A stretch of DNA of 32,000 nucleotides from an uncultured Eubacteriales bacterium (lineage in GTDB: Bacteria > Bacillota > Clostridia > Oscillospirales > Butyricicoccaceae): the NCBI GenBank assembly GCA_910579575.1, contig CAJTUM010000004.1:80839-112838 (forward strand), given 5' to 3'. Position numbers and translations under genes: made by a program. Of this stretch, positions 16,612-25,609 are shown piece after piece (positions within the stretch are counted from its first letter, which is position 1; each line of letters begins with the position of its first letter). The notes under the pieces are model-generated. The model was not told where the DNA came from and ran no database searches. It was given only the letters and a program-made list of their open reading frames with translations.

Positions 16612-17100
16612 CTATCCATTTATGTATTGAACCTGAACGCCACATCTGGCAGCATAATCAATCGTGTTCTTTGTTCCGCTTTTCTCGCCGTTGAATACTG
16701 CGATAACAAGGGCAGAATGGTCTACCATCCATTCGTTTCGTCTCTGATATGCTCCCGCATGATAGGCAGGGCATATATACCGAATCAAGTCAGCTTTACC
16801 AAGCAGTTCAGCATATCGTTCCTTCCATTCCCTCGACCACCGGCTCTCAAAGCCGTCAAAAGGCACAGCAGCAATCAAATGCAACTCTGGATTTTCTTCT
16901 CTCAACCGGACAACAACTTCGCCAGCCCAAATATCTACACCGTAAGCCATCCCCGTTATGAAGGTCGTGTACCCAGCCTCTATTGCCTTGACAATGACTT
17001 TTTCCAAGTCATGCCTGATTGCGCCCTCTGAGCGAGTGAGTTTCTGTGGCCTATGACCTGTGAAGCAGCACCGCTTTTTTCGTTTTTCCTTCTCTGTCAT
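16612..17100 (-). CDS. SLOG-superfamily protein, DUF1273/YpsA-like
   Basis: CCFTGHRPQKL near the N-terminus, FITGMAYGVDIWAGE, and a C-terminal SGTKNTIDYA segment match the DUF1273 (YpsA) Rossmann-like signature. AGGTGG RBS. Confidence 0.75.
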   Translation of the reverse strand: MTEKEKRKKRCCFTGHRPQKLTRSEGAIRHDLEKVIVKAIEAGYTTFITGMAYGVDIWAGEVVVRLREENPELHLIAAVPFDGFESRWSREWKERYAELLGKADLIRYICPAYHAGAYQRRNEWMVDHSALVIAVFNGEKSGTKNTIDYAARCGVQVQYING

Positions 17101-17236
17101 CTGAAAACCACCTATCGCCTATACCTGTTTCTTATTCAAAGTCATTATATCGTGTATTGTGGATTTTAGTCAACAACACACGCTTAATTTTCTCGCCTGT
17201 TGTGGATATAATTTAACGAGAAGGCGAGGTGAGAAA

Positions 17237-17572
17237 ATGGCGGATACCGAGCTAAGTCTGATAGAAATAGGGAATAGAATCACAGCACGCCGAAAACAGA
17301 TGGGTCTAACACAAGAAGCTCTTGCTGAAAAGGGTGACATGACCACACAGTTTGTCTCCTATGCAGAAGCAGGAAAGAGAGCCATGAGACCCGAGAACCT
17401 CTTGAAGATTTCATCTGCTCTCGGTGTCAGTGCCGACTACTTGCTTACCGGAGATATTGTTGATAAAGACCTCCTTATCCTCTCCGACAAGATGCGTTCT
17501 CTCACACCAGAGCAGCTACGAATTGTTGAAAATGTGATTGACGAATGCAACCGACTTTTCAATAACACCTGA
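17237..17572 (+). CDS. XRE family HTH transcriptional regulator
   Basis: IGNRITARRKQMGLTQEALAEKGDMTTQFVSYAEAGKRAMRPENLLKISSALGVSADYLL is a typical HTH_3 sequence. ATG at 17237 after GAGGTGAG is preferred to the track start at 17159. Confidence 0.85.
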   Translation: MADTELSLIEIGNRITARRKQMGLTQEALAEKGDMTTQFVSYAEAGKRAMRPENLLKISSALGVSADYLLTGDIVDKDLLILSDKMRSLTPEQLRIVENVIDECNRLFNNT

Positions 17573-17580
17573 TATGTACT

Positions 17581-17609
17581 ACTGCCACCCTGACGGGTGG
17601 CAGTTTTTT
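17581..17609 (+). terminator. Rho-independent terminator
   Basis: ACTGCCACCC (17581-17590), loop TGAC, GGGTGGCAGT (17595-17604), then a T-run through 17609. It lies immediately after the XRE stop. Confidence 0.8.
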
Positions 17610-19602
17610 AGTATTGTGGTACTCCGTAGCCAAAGATCACGCTGGCACCAACCGTATAAGAGTTAATTCTCACACTGTCGCCGGAGTTGCCCTCCACAGT
17701 GTAAACAAGACCGCCTTCGACCTTCTGCACAATGCCTGTGTGGTCTGTTTCACCGTCTCCTTCCCAATCGAAAAAGATTATCATGCCGGGCGAGGGTTCG
17801 GCGGCGTTGTCCATCCACTGCCCTCTGTCCTTGAACCACTGAGAACCAAGGGTGCATCCGGCGTACTTGGGGATGACCCCTGTGTCAATATAGCCGCACT
17901 CGTTGGCACACCAGCTTACAAAGCAGGCACACCACTCAACACGAGAACCAAATCCGTACCAGCTCCAATAAGGCGCTCCGCCGTAGTTTCCGATCTGGGA
18001 CAAGGCGACGGTAACAATCTGATCGTCGCTGTAACCAATCCCATAAAGAACAGCCGACCATAGGGAGTTGTTCTCATCTTGCAGCAACTCGGCAAGGTAG
18101 TCCTTCTGCTCCTGCGTAAAACCGTACTGTGCCGCCATCTCATCTACCGTCTTATGGCTTACAACGATATAGAGCGTCGTATAGGTTTCCGTTGTCTCGG
18201 TTTCAATAATGTTCCCTTCCCCATCGTCTGTCTCCGTTGTAAAGGTGGTGCTGCTCGTCTCTGTGTGCGACGATATTGAGTTCATCTCCCAGAAGATGTC
18301 GGATAAGAGTTGCTTCTTGCTATCGTCCATTGTGGCGACTTCCTGTGGATTATCAGGGTCGGTATTCACCTTAACCGCATAGACTGCAAGCACCTCTTTC
18401 CAAACCGCTCTACTTCCACTCATCTCAAGGGAATCATAGGACACAGCGTTTTTCTCGGCTTCCAGCCGGGCGTCATAGTCCTCATTGATCTCCTGTACGA
18501 CCGTCCGCATACTCATACCTGTTCCGGAATCCTCGCCGGAAAAGAATATTCCGAAAATGGAGCTGACAAGTAGACCTATCATACAAATTACGACAATTAC
18601 GAGAAGCGCTACCCAGCCACCAGCAATAATTGCACTGACAAGAGCCTTTGTTGCGGCAATAATGGCTTTGATGGTCGCAACAGTGACCTTCACAGCAGCT
18701 TTCACTCCTTGCGCTGCCGCTTTCGCCGTTGCCTTTGCCGCCTGAGCCGCTTTCTGTGCAGACTTGGCGGTAGCCTTAGCCGCTCTCTCCGTTGCTTTCG
18801 CAGCTTCTTTCGTGGTCTTAACCGTTGTTTTCGCTGTCCGCTCTGCGGTTTTAATAGATTTCTTCGTAGTTTTTGCCGCAGCCCGCTGTGTTGTCTTAAT
18901 GGACTTCTTACCGGCTGACTTTGCAGATTCATTTACCCGCTTTTCTGACCGCTCAACAATGCGGTGAGATTTGCTTCCAGCAGATTGTGAGCGTATATTG
19001 GATTTATCATGCCCCGTTATTCTCTCTGGGAAAACATCGACACTCTTTTCCATATTGTGCCTCTGCTTTGACCGAATCATCTGCTCGGCTCTTTTCTTTC
19101 CCTGCTCATACACACGCTTGGATGGCTCCTCCTGCCTCCCTGAGCGCTGTCTCGTTCCACCCCTTGGAGATGATGGGCTATACTCTTTACCCCTTGTATG
19201 GGTGATTGGTTCAGATGGAGCGTAGTTCTCTGTCTGAACCGCCTGTTCAATCTGAGATTCACGGGTTTTTATCCCCTTGCCCTTTTTTGATTGCTCGACT
19301 TTTACCGCTTTGAAGTTCTCGACCGCCCGCTTTGCTTCGTGAACATCCTCCTTGACATGAGAAACACTGTTTCTGCCTATCTTCTGAGCTTGATGTCCTG
19401 TCTCATGCGCTACTGTCTCCGCTCCGGCTTCCATACGAGAGGAAGCATATTCCTCCACGCTTCCCTCTGTGGGATTTGTGGAAGTCTCCGCTTTCTCTTT
19501 GGTTTGGATGAATGCCCTACGCATACGGTCAGAGGCAATCGCTGCTCGGTCGAGTTGCTTTATCGCGCCTTTTATGGCGTCCTTGGTCTTGATTTTCCCC
19601 AT
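17608..19602 (-). CDS. Conjugation-associated cell-wall hydrolase: long charged/Ala-Lys-rich N-terminal region, one TM segment, C-terminal CHAP (NlpC/P60-like) domain
   Basis: C-terminus has VEWCACFVSWCANECGY (catalytic Cys) and ETDHTGIVQKV...YTVEGNSGDSV (His, EGN), the CHAP signature. Hydrophobic stretch GGWVALLVIVVICMIGLLVSSIFGIFF. GAAAGGAGGG RBS. Confidence 0.85.
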   Translation of the reverse strand: MGKIKTKDAIKGAIKQLDRAAIASDRMRRAFIQTKEKAETSTNPTEGSVEEYASSRMEAGAETVAHETGHQAQKIGRNSVSHVKEDVHEAKRAVENFKAVKVEQSKKGKGIKTRESQIEQAVQTENYAPSEPITHTRGKEYSPSSPRGGTRQRSGRQEEPSKRVYEQGKKRAEQMIRSKQRHNMEKSVDVFPERITGHDKSNIRSQSAGSKSHRIVERSEKRVNESAKSAGKKSIKTTQRAAAKTTKKSIKTAERTAKTTVKTTKEAAKATERAAKATAKSAQKAAQAAKATAKAAAQGVKAAVKVTVATIKAIIAATKALVSAIIAGGWVALLVIVVICMIGLLVSSIFGIFFSGEDSGTGMSMRTVVQEINEDYDARLEAEKNAVSYDSLEMSGSRAVWKEVLAVYAVKVNTDPDNPQEVATMDDSKKQLLSDIFWEMNSISSHTETSSTTFTTETDDGEGNIIETETTETYTTLYIVVSHKTVDEMAAQYGFTQEQKDYLAELLQDENNSLWSAVLYGIGYSDDQIVTVALSQIGNYGGAPYWSWYGFGSRVEWCACFVSWCANECGYIDTGVIPKYAGCTLGSQWFKDRGQWMDNAAEPSPGMIIFFDWEGDGETDHTGIVQKVEGGLVYTVEGNSGDSVRINSYTVGASVIFGYGVPQY

Positions 19603-19645
19603 TGAAGCCCTCCTTTCTCATTGACAGATAAAGGCAAAGCGAGGG

Positions 19646-21979
19646 TTATGCCCCCTCGCCCGGCTTTGTTGTCATAAGCTGATAAAGTTTGGTGTTTCTG
19701 GGGAACTTGTTTGCAAAGGGCACCAGCGAACTGCCTACCTTGATAAGCCCATGGCCGGCTTCCACATTGGTGATATAGCTCATCTGAAGGTCGGAGATAT
19801 TCAGCAGCTTCGCCAGCTCCAGCCTGTCTGTGGACGCCTGATTGAGCATAATGATAAACTCAGAGTTCGCCAGCATAGTGCGGGCGGTGTGGCTCTGGAG
19901 CAGATCGTCCACATTCTGCGTAATGCCGGTGGCATAAGCGCCGTACTTTCTCACACGCTTCCAGAGAGTGAACAGGAAGTTGGCGCTGTACTCATGCTGG
20001 AACAGCAGATAAATCTCGTCGATGAAGATATAGGTGTTCTTGCCCTTGGCTCTGTTCTGGGTAATGCGGTTCAGGATAGAATCCAGCACTACCAGCATAC
20101 CGATGGGCATGAGCTGCTTGCCAAGGTCAAGAATGTCATAGCAAATCAGCCGATTATCGGTGTCCACATTGGTCTCTTTCGCAAAGGTGTTCAGAGAGCC
20201 GTTGGTGAACAGCTCAATGGCAAGGGCAATCTCCTGTGCCTCCGGCTCGTCCTGCTTGAGCAGCTCCTGCCGGAAGTCCTGCAAAGTCGGAGCCTTACCC
20301 TCATAATTGTTTTGCTGATACCCTCGGTACACAGAAGCGGTGCAGCGGTCGATAATGGACTTTTGCTTTGCGCCGAGGTTGCTGCCGCCGATGAGTTGCT
20401 CACACAGGGACATGATGAACTCAGATTTCAGGATAACAGGGTTTGCCCCGTCGCCGTAGTCCTTATTCATATCCATAGCGTTAATGTGGCTGGGAGAGGT
20501 TGCGGAGATATTGATGATCTCGCCGCCCATAGCGTTTACAAGGGGCGAATACTCTCGCTCAGGGTCGATAATGATGATGTCAGCGTTGCTGGCAAGCACC
20601 TGATTGATGATCTCCCCCTTAGCGGCAAAGGACTTGCCGCCACCGGAAACGCCCAGAATAAAGGCGTTTCCGTTCAAAAGCTGCTTGCGGTCAGCAATAA
20701 TCATATTCTTGCTGATGACATTTTGACCGTAGTAAATACCGTTTTCGTGGTAGATGTCCTGCACCCGAAACGGGATAAAAACCGCAAGGCTCTCCGTTGT
20801 CAGCGTTCTGAAAGCGTCCACCTTGCGGACGCCAAAGGGCATGACCGTATTCAGCCCGTCCATCTGCTGGAACTTCAAGACACCAAACTGGCAGAGGTGC
20901 TTTCTGGCGGTAGTAAGCAGCGCTTCGGTGTCGTTGTCGAGCTGCTCTTTGGTGTCCGCCGTGTGAACCATCGTCAGGACGGCAAACATCATGCGCTGGT
21001 CTCTGGTGGTCAGATCGTCCAGAAACTCCTTCATTTCCCGCTTCTGTTGCTCCATGTCGTAGGGCACAGTGGCGGAGAAATTGTTATTCTGATTCTGTTT
21101 GCGCTGCCAGTTGGTGATGTTGGTCTCAACGCCCAGCAAGCGGTTCTCCGCCTCCTTAACCGCTTCGTCAGTGGGAACCGGCACCACATCAATGCTCATC
21201 ATCAGATTGCGGTTCATGTCGGTCAGCTCTGTCACCATGCTGTCCTTGATATAGGACGCATACTCACGCAGAAACAGCACCCTGCCATAACGATCTCCCA
21301 GCTTGAAATAGTCCTTCTCGAACTCCATCGTATCAGGGCAGATGAAATCCTTGAAGCTGTGACCCTTCTGGCGAGTCTCCTTCAGGTCAAAGCGGAAGTT
21401 GGTTTCTTCTCCCACACGATAGAAGTCGTGAAAAATGCGGAGCCTTTCTTCAGTCTCCAGCTCCACGCACTTGCTGCCCAGCCGCCCAAAGTGAGCAATC
21501 AGGTCTGCACCCACTCGTGCAAAATAGGTTCTCGCATCCTCTACCGACTTCTTATTGACCGAGATCGTCATATACTTGTCCTGCACGATGGAATTAGCGC
21601 CAGTCGCCTTTTCCAAGAGCATTTTGTTATACTCTTCTCGGTACTCGTCCAACTCGTCGCCCTTCAGGGGAATAAGAATGGTTTTCTCAAAGTCCAGCCG
21701 GTTCAGGCGGCGGTTGTTGATGGTGATTTTGGTTGTAGCGCCGCTGTCAAGGGAGTTGAGAAGCTCAGAGTATTCGAGGAACATCGCTTCCTTATCCTCC
21801 CGACTGGCAACAGCATAATTGATGTCTGAGAACTTAAAGGTTTTAGAGAACTTGTCCCTGCCCACCTGAAAGATACCATCATCGTAGATGGCGGTGATGG
21901 GGATCACATCCTGAACGCCCCTCGGTACAACAAACTTTTCTTTATCCTGCTTAAACAGGTTGGATAATGTCTTAATCAT
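19646..21979 (-). CDS. virB4: VirB4-like conjugal transfer ATPase (Firmicutes CD1110/TcpF-type)
   Basis: 777 aa. Walker A GVSGGGKS. N-terminus FVVPRGVQDVIPITAIYDDGIFQVG..DKFSKTFKFSDINY is typical of this family. Its start overlaps the PrgI-like gene by 8 nt. Confidence 0.9.
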   Translation of the reverse strand: MIKTLSNLFKQDKEKFVVPRGVQDVIPITAIYDDGIFQVGRDKFSKTFKFSDINYAVASREDKEAMFLEYSELLNSLDSGATTKITINNRRLNRLDFEKTILIPLKGDELDEYREEYNKMLLEKATGANSIVQDKYMTISVNKKSVEDARTYFARVGADLIAHFGRLGSKCVELETEERLRIFHDFYRVGEETNFRFDLKETRQKGHSFKDFICPDTMEFEKDYFKLGDRYGRVLFLREYASYIKDSMVTELTDMNRNLMMSIDVVPVPTDEAVKEAENRLLGVETNITNWQRKQNQNNNFSATVPYDMEQQKREMKEFLDDLTTRDQRMMFAVLTMVHTADTKEQLDNDTEALLTTARKHLCQFGVLKFQQMDGLNTVMPFGVRKVDAFRTLTTESLAVFIPFRVQDIYHENGIYYGQNVISKNMIIADRKQLLNGNAFILGVSGGGKSFAAKGEIINQVLASNADIIIIDPEREYSPLVNAMGGEIINISATSPSHINAMDMNKDYGDGANPVILKSEFIMSLCEQLIGGSNLGAKQKSIIDRCTASVYRGYQQNNYEGKAPTLQDFRQELLKQDEPEAQEIALAIELFTNGSLNTFAKETNVDTDNRLICYDILDLGKQLMPIGMLVVLDSILNRITQNRAKGKNTYIFIDEIYLLFQHEYSANFLFTLWKRVRKYGAYATGITQNVDDLLQSHTARTMLANSEFIIMLNQASTDRLELAKLLNISDLQMSYITNVEAGHGLIKVGSSLVPFANKFPRNTKLYQLMTTKPGEGA

Positions 21980-22337
21980 TCGACTTCATAGCCTCCTTTG
22001 TCTTTTTCTCCATGCTGGGCTTCATCAGCTCATAGTAGGTGTTGGTCGCTCGGAAGGTCAGCTTCTTCGGCATAATGAACTCGGATTTCACCCAAGTGCA
22101 AATAAACTTCTCCGCCGTCATGCCGTTATACTTCAAGAACCCAAGTGCCGCAAAGGGTGCTGCGCCCAAAATGCAAACCCACGATACCGTTTCCGTCCCA
22201 AGATGGGGTTTCAACAGAAAATAGAGTCCGACAGCCACCACACAAGCACAGGCAGAAAAAATGAACTGTCGCAGAGACAGTCCGAAAAACATGGATTCGG
22301 TGTAGTTGCGAATCTCTCGATTAATCTTTACTTCCAT
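21972..22337 (-). CDS. PrgI/TcpE-like small T4SS membrane protein
   Basis: MEVKINREIRNYTESMFFGLSLRQFIF followed by two hydrophobic helices. Lies directly upstream of virB4. AAGGAG RBS before the ATG at 22337. Confidence 0.7.
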   Translation of the reverse strand: MEVKINREIRNYTESMFFGLSLRQFIFSACACVVAVGLYFLLKPHLGTETVSWVCILGAAPFAALGFLKYNGMTAEKFICTWVKSEFIMPKKLTFRATNTYYELMKPSMEKKTKEAMKSND

Positions 22338-22503
22338 TTTCGCTCCTTTCTCGGAGGGCAGCTTCACGAAGTTCCGCCTTGCAGACACATTCATCAGCAA
22401 GGCAGTTTATCTCGCCTTTTCGTTGCCCCCCGTAGTAAAGACAATATTTGCAGTCACAGTCGGCAAGCGTGTAGCCCTGCCACCTGTTGTAGATTCTCTT
22501 CAT
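22321..22503 (-). CDS. Small cysteine-rich protein (Cys_rich_VLP-like)
   Basis: 60 aa with 7 Cys (DCDCKYCLYYGG...INCLADECVCK). AAGGTG lies 6 nt before the ATG at 22503. This position is conserved in such T4SS operons as I recall them. Confidence 0.5.
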   Translation of the reverse strand: MKRIYNRWQGYTLADCDCKYCLYYGGQRKGEINCLADECVCKAELREAALRERSENGSKD

Positions 22504-22513
22504 GGCGCACACC

Positions 22514-23350
22514 TTACAGTCCCATCATCTCACGAATAATCCGGTCTGCCATTTTCACGCTTCCAACCAGCACGAGCATATTAAAAACCAGCTCTCCGAT
22601 ATAAGACCATACCTGCGTGACAGCCGCTGCGTCAGGATTCACGACGGGCGGCGACGAAGCAAACAGAGAGAAGATGATACACGCCAAAACAATAACCGCA
22701 CCTTCAAGGCATACCGCACAATAGCTCTTGATGAACGACTTGCCCACATTCTGCGAGGGTTCTCCCGCAAATGTTGAAAGTGGAATTGGGGCTAACGCCG
22801 TATACATATAGAGCTTAAAAAAGCGGCCATACACAGTCATAATCAGGATAAATGACAACACTGTGATGAACAGCCCGCCGATGAGCGTCACCGCCCATAA
22901 GGGGATAGATTCAAAGAAGCCGCAGTCCTCGATGGTAGTAATCATCTCCAGTGGGAGAACCGTCTGCGAGGCAGAGCTAAATCCAGCCGCCGTCATAATG
23001 GTCGAGATGGTTCCCTGCACAATGTTGAACAGCGCCAGCATTAGTTCCATGCCATAGGTGATAGCCCCTTTTGCAATAGCAAAGCGCACAAAGAGCTTCA
23101 GAGCGTGCTCCGGTTTTTTCACATCTGTATAGCTGCCGCAGGTCTTAACCATACCTACGACGAAAAACAGGACAAGCAGGGCAAGCCCGATTGCCTGAAC
23201 CGCTCCGTTAATGTTCACGATGACGCTCCATATCCCGCCGCCCTTGAATTCCTGTGGGGTCGTTGTTATGAGCGTCCAGATTTCAGCCAGCTTGTCATTC
23301 CATGTCTCAAGGGCATTTTCAATGTTTTGAACAACCCAGTTATCACTCAA
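22514..23350 (-). CDS. Polytopic T4SS membrane protein (TrbL/VirB6-like, CD0415/CD1112-type)
   Basis: Multiple hydrophobic helices (GLALLVLFFVVGMV, LWAVTLIGGLFITVLSFILIM, GAVIVLACIIFSLF). Probable TTG start at 23350, 8 nt after AGGAGG; the GTG at 23359 abuts the SD. Confidence 0.7.
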   Translation of the reverse strand: MSDNWVVQNIENALETWNDKLAEIWTLITTTPQEFKGGGIWSVIVNINGAVQAIGLALLVLFFVVGMVKTCGSYTDVKKPEHALKLFVRFAIAKGAITYGMELMLALFNIVQGTISTIMTAAGFSSASQTVLPLEMITTIEDCGFFESIPLWAVTLIGGLFITVLSFILIMTVYGRFFKLYMYTALAPIPLSTFAGEPSQNVGKSFIKSYCAVCLEGAVIVLACIIFSLFASSPPVVNPDAAAVTQVWSYIGELVFNMLVLVGSVKMADRIIREMMGL

Positions 23351-23374
23351 TCTTCGCACCTCCTCCTATAAACG

Positions 23375-23409
23375 AAAAAATGGGGTGTTCCTCGCTGGGA
23401 ACACCCCAT
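23375..23409 (-). terminator. Rho-independent terminator inside the transfer operon, just after the Maff2 gene
   Basis: Minus strand reads ATGGGGTGTTCC-cagcga-GGAACACCCCAT followed by TTTTTT. The 12-bp perfect stem is at 23380-23391 and 23398-23409, and the T-run corresponds to the A-run at 23375-23380. Confidence 0.75.
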
Positions 23410-23440
23410 CCTGAGTGTTTCGATTTTGGATTTGAGTGTA

Positions 23441-23803
23441 TCAGCCGACGATCAGGGTCAAAATCTCCTTTGCAAAGGTGATGATAACGCCGCCGGCAAG
23501 GGTCAGAAAGCCGTTAGCCCGCTGAGAGGGGTCGTGAGATTTCAGGGACAAGCCCACCTGCACAATGCCGAAGCCCAGCAGGATCATACCTACCGCTCGA
23601 ATCAAGCCGAAAATGAAATCGGACAGATTGTTGATAACGGTCAGAGGGTCGCCCGCCGCATAAGCCGGAGCAGCCATGCTCACTGCCATAGTGAGGGCAA
23701 GCACCAAAGCGCAGTAGGTGCGGTAGCCTTTGCCAACCTTGCCCTTCATGGGCAGCTTGGTGGTCTCCTTATTGGCGTTCTTGTTCTTGTAAATAATTTT
23801 CAT
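23441..23803 (-). CDS. Maff2 family small membrane protein
   Basis: Signal/TM-like ALVLALTMAVSMAAPAYAAGDP, then GMILLGFGIVQVGLSLKSHDPSQRANG, as in the Maff2 family. GGAGGA lies 7 nt before the ATG at 23803. Confidence 0.7.
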   Translation of the reverse strand: MKIIYKNKNANKETTKLPMKGKVGKGYRTYCALVLALTMAVSMAAPAYAAGDPLTVINNLSDFIFGLIRAVGMILLGFGIVQVGLSLKSHDPSQRANGFLTLAGGVIITFAKEILTLIVG

Positions 23804-23818
23804 TGATATTTCCTCCAT

Positions 23819-25609
23819 TCATTGATTGTCTGCTTCAAAGTCCTCATCGGACAGAAGCTCGTAGTTTGTTTCAGTGAGTTCCATCTCAGGGACAAGCTCA
23901 GGGTCGAGCCAATCCACAAGGATGGTCGCAACATCGGACTTCACAGTGCCATGCCGGTAGATCTCCCCGTCACCGTCGGCAGTCAGCTTCACATCAGGAT
24001 GTTTCAAGATATCATACTTGAAATCCATAACAGGGCGCTCCCCTCGGATAAAGAGGATTGCATACTGATTGTCCAGCATACGCACTTCATCAGGGGTCCA
24101 AAGTTCTCGACCGCTGATCTGGTAGTTGGTGGAATAGTTGCCGCTCCGCCCCGAACTCTTACCAAAGGTGTTCGTGTCAATCGTTTCCTTGCCCAGCAGC
24201 TCCGACACATATTTGTGCGTTGATTGCTCGTTGCCACCCAAATAGAGAAACTCATCGCAGTTACCCACGATGGACTCCCACTGTTTTTCAAACAGTGCCT
24301 TGAGCTGCGCCAGATTTTGCAGGATAATCGAAACCGATACCCCTCTGGAACGCATGACGGATAGAATCTTGTCAAAGTCATCGGGTAGCGAGACATTCGC
24401 AAACTCGTCCATCAGGAAATGAACCGGCATCGGCAGCGAACCGCCATGCACATGGTCAGCGGAATAGAATAATTGCTGGAATAGCTGGGTGTATAGGATT
24501 GACACAAGAAAATTGAAGCTGGAATCGTTGTCAGGAATCAAGGCAAACAGCGCAACTTTTTTCTCACCCATCGAGGGCAAGTCCAGCTCGTCCGTCTGCG
24601 TCATCGACGCAAGGCTTTCCAGATTGAACTTCTCCAGCCTTGCCGCAAGGGTGATCTGGATCGACTGAATGGTCTTAGCGCTGCCGGAGTGGTAGTTGTG
24701 ATAATACTTCACAGCGATATGGTCTGGATTGTCCATCTCCAAATCGGAAAACAGATTGTCCAGCGGTGAAGGCCGGTTGTCCTCCTCGTCCTCAATAGCG
24801 CCCGCCCTGAGCATTTCCATCACCATCGGGAAGTTCTGTTCCTCCGGTGGCGCTTCATAGCGCAGATAGAATATCAGCGCAAGCAGCAGCATGGAAGCCG
24901 CCGTATCCCAAAAGGGGTCTTGCGCCTGTGAGCCTTTCGGCGTGGTGCTTTTGAACAGATTGGTCACAAGTCGCTGCACATCATTGTCGCTCTGCAAATA
25001 GACAAAGGGATTGTAGCAATGGCTCTTTTCCATAGAGATCAGGTCAAGGACTCGGATTTCATATCCTTTCGCTTTTAGCAGCCCTCCTGTATCCCGCAGG
25101 ATTTCTCCCTTTGGATCGAGGATAACAAATGATGTGTTTGCCTGCATGAGATTGGGCTTGCAATAAAATCTCGTCTTACCGGCACCGCTGCCGCCGCACA
25201 CCAGCGTGTTCAGATTGCGACGGTGTTTCTTGGCATTCAAGCCAATCTTCACATTCTGGGTCATCAGCTTGTTTTGCTGGGGCGGCGATTGCTGATACTT
25301 CCTGCTTATCGCCCTTGCGTCCCCCCACTTAGCGGAACCGTGTTCTTCCCTGCGCCGGTAATTCCGTCGTGTAGAAAAATAAATCCCGATACCCATTCCG
25401 TAGCTCAGGAGCAAGACGAGGACAGTCCGCAGACTGTCCTCGCACAGCTCAATTTGAAACGGGTTGTTAAACACTGTCGCCAGTTTGGGAAGAATCTCTG
25501 GAAGCCCGCCTGAGACAGAGGGCGCAATCAGAAGCGCAGCCCACACAACAGGAATCACACCGACGATGGAAAGGATAATGGCGCTCTGCCGGTCATTATC
25601 TCTCGTCAT
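23819..25609 (-). CDS. virD4: VirD4/TraG-type type IV coupling protein (CD1115-type)
   Basis: Two N-terminal TM helices, Walker A VCGGSGAGKT, Walker B-like VHFLMDEFAN. ATG at 25609; the alternative TTG at 25630 cannot be excluded. Confidence 0.9.
   Translation of the reverse strand: MTRDNDRQSAIILSIVGVIPVVWAALLIAPSVSGGLPEILPKLATVFNNPFQIELCEDSLRTVLVLLLSYGMGIGIYFSTRRNYRRREEHGSAKWGDARAISRKYQQSPPQQNKLMTQNVKIGLNAKKHRRNLNTLVCGGSGAGKTRFYCKPNLMQANTSFVILDPKGEILRDTGGLLKAKGYEIRVLDLISMEKSHCYNPFVYLQSDNDVQRLVTNLFKSTTPKGSQAQDPFWDTAASMLLLALIFYLRYEAPPEEQNFPMVMEMLRAGAIEDEEDNRPSPLDNLFSDLEMDNPDHIAVKYYHNYHSGSAKTIQSIQITLAARLEKFNLESLASMTQTDELDLPSMGEKKVALFALIPDNDSSFNFLVSILYTQLFQQLFYSADHVHGGSLPMPVHFLMDEFANVSLPDDFDKILSVMRSRGVSVSIILQNLAQLKALFEKQWESIVGNCDEFLYLGGNEQSTHKYVSELLGKETIDTNTFGKSSGRSGNYSTNYQISGRELWTPDEVRMLDNQYAILFIRGERPVMDFKYDILKHPDVKLTADGDGEIYRHGTVKSDVATILVDWLDPELVPEMELTETNYELLSDEDFEADNQ

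Noticed and set aside
19751-21829. 692-aa ORF on the + strand, antisense to virB4
   Set aside because: It lies wholly inside the well-supported virB4 gene. The product is Leu/Val/Arg/His-rich and low complexity with no recognisable motif or RBS. This is a typical shadow ORF of a moderately GC-rich, codon-biased gene.
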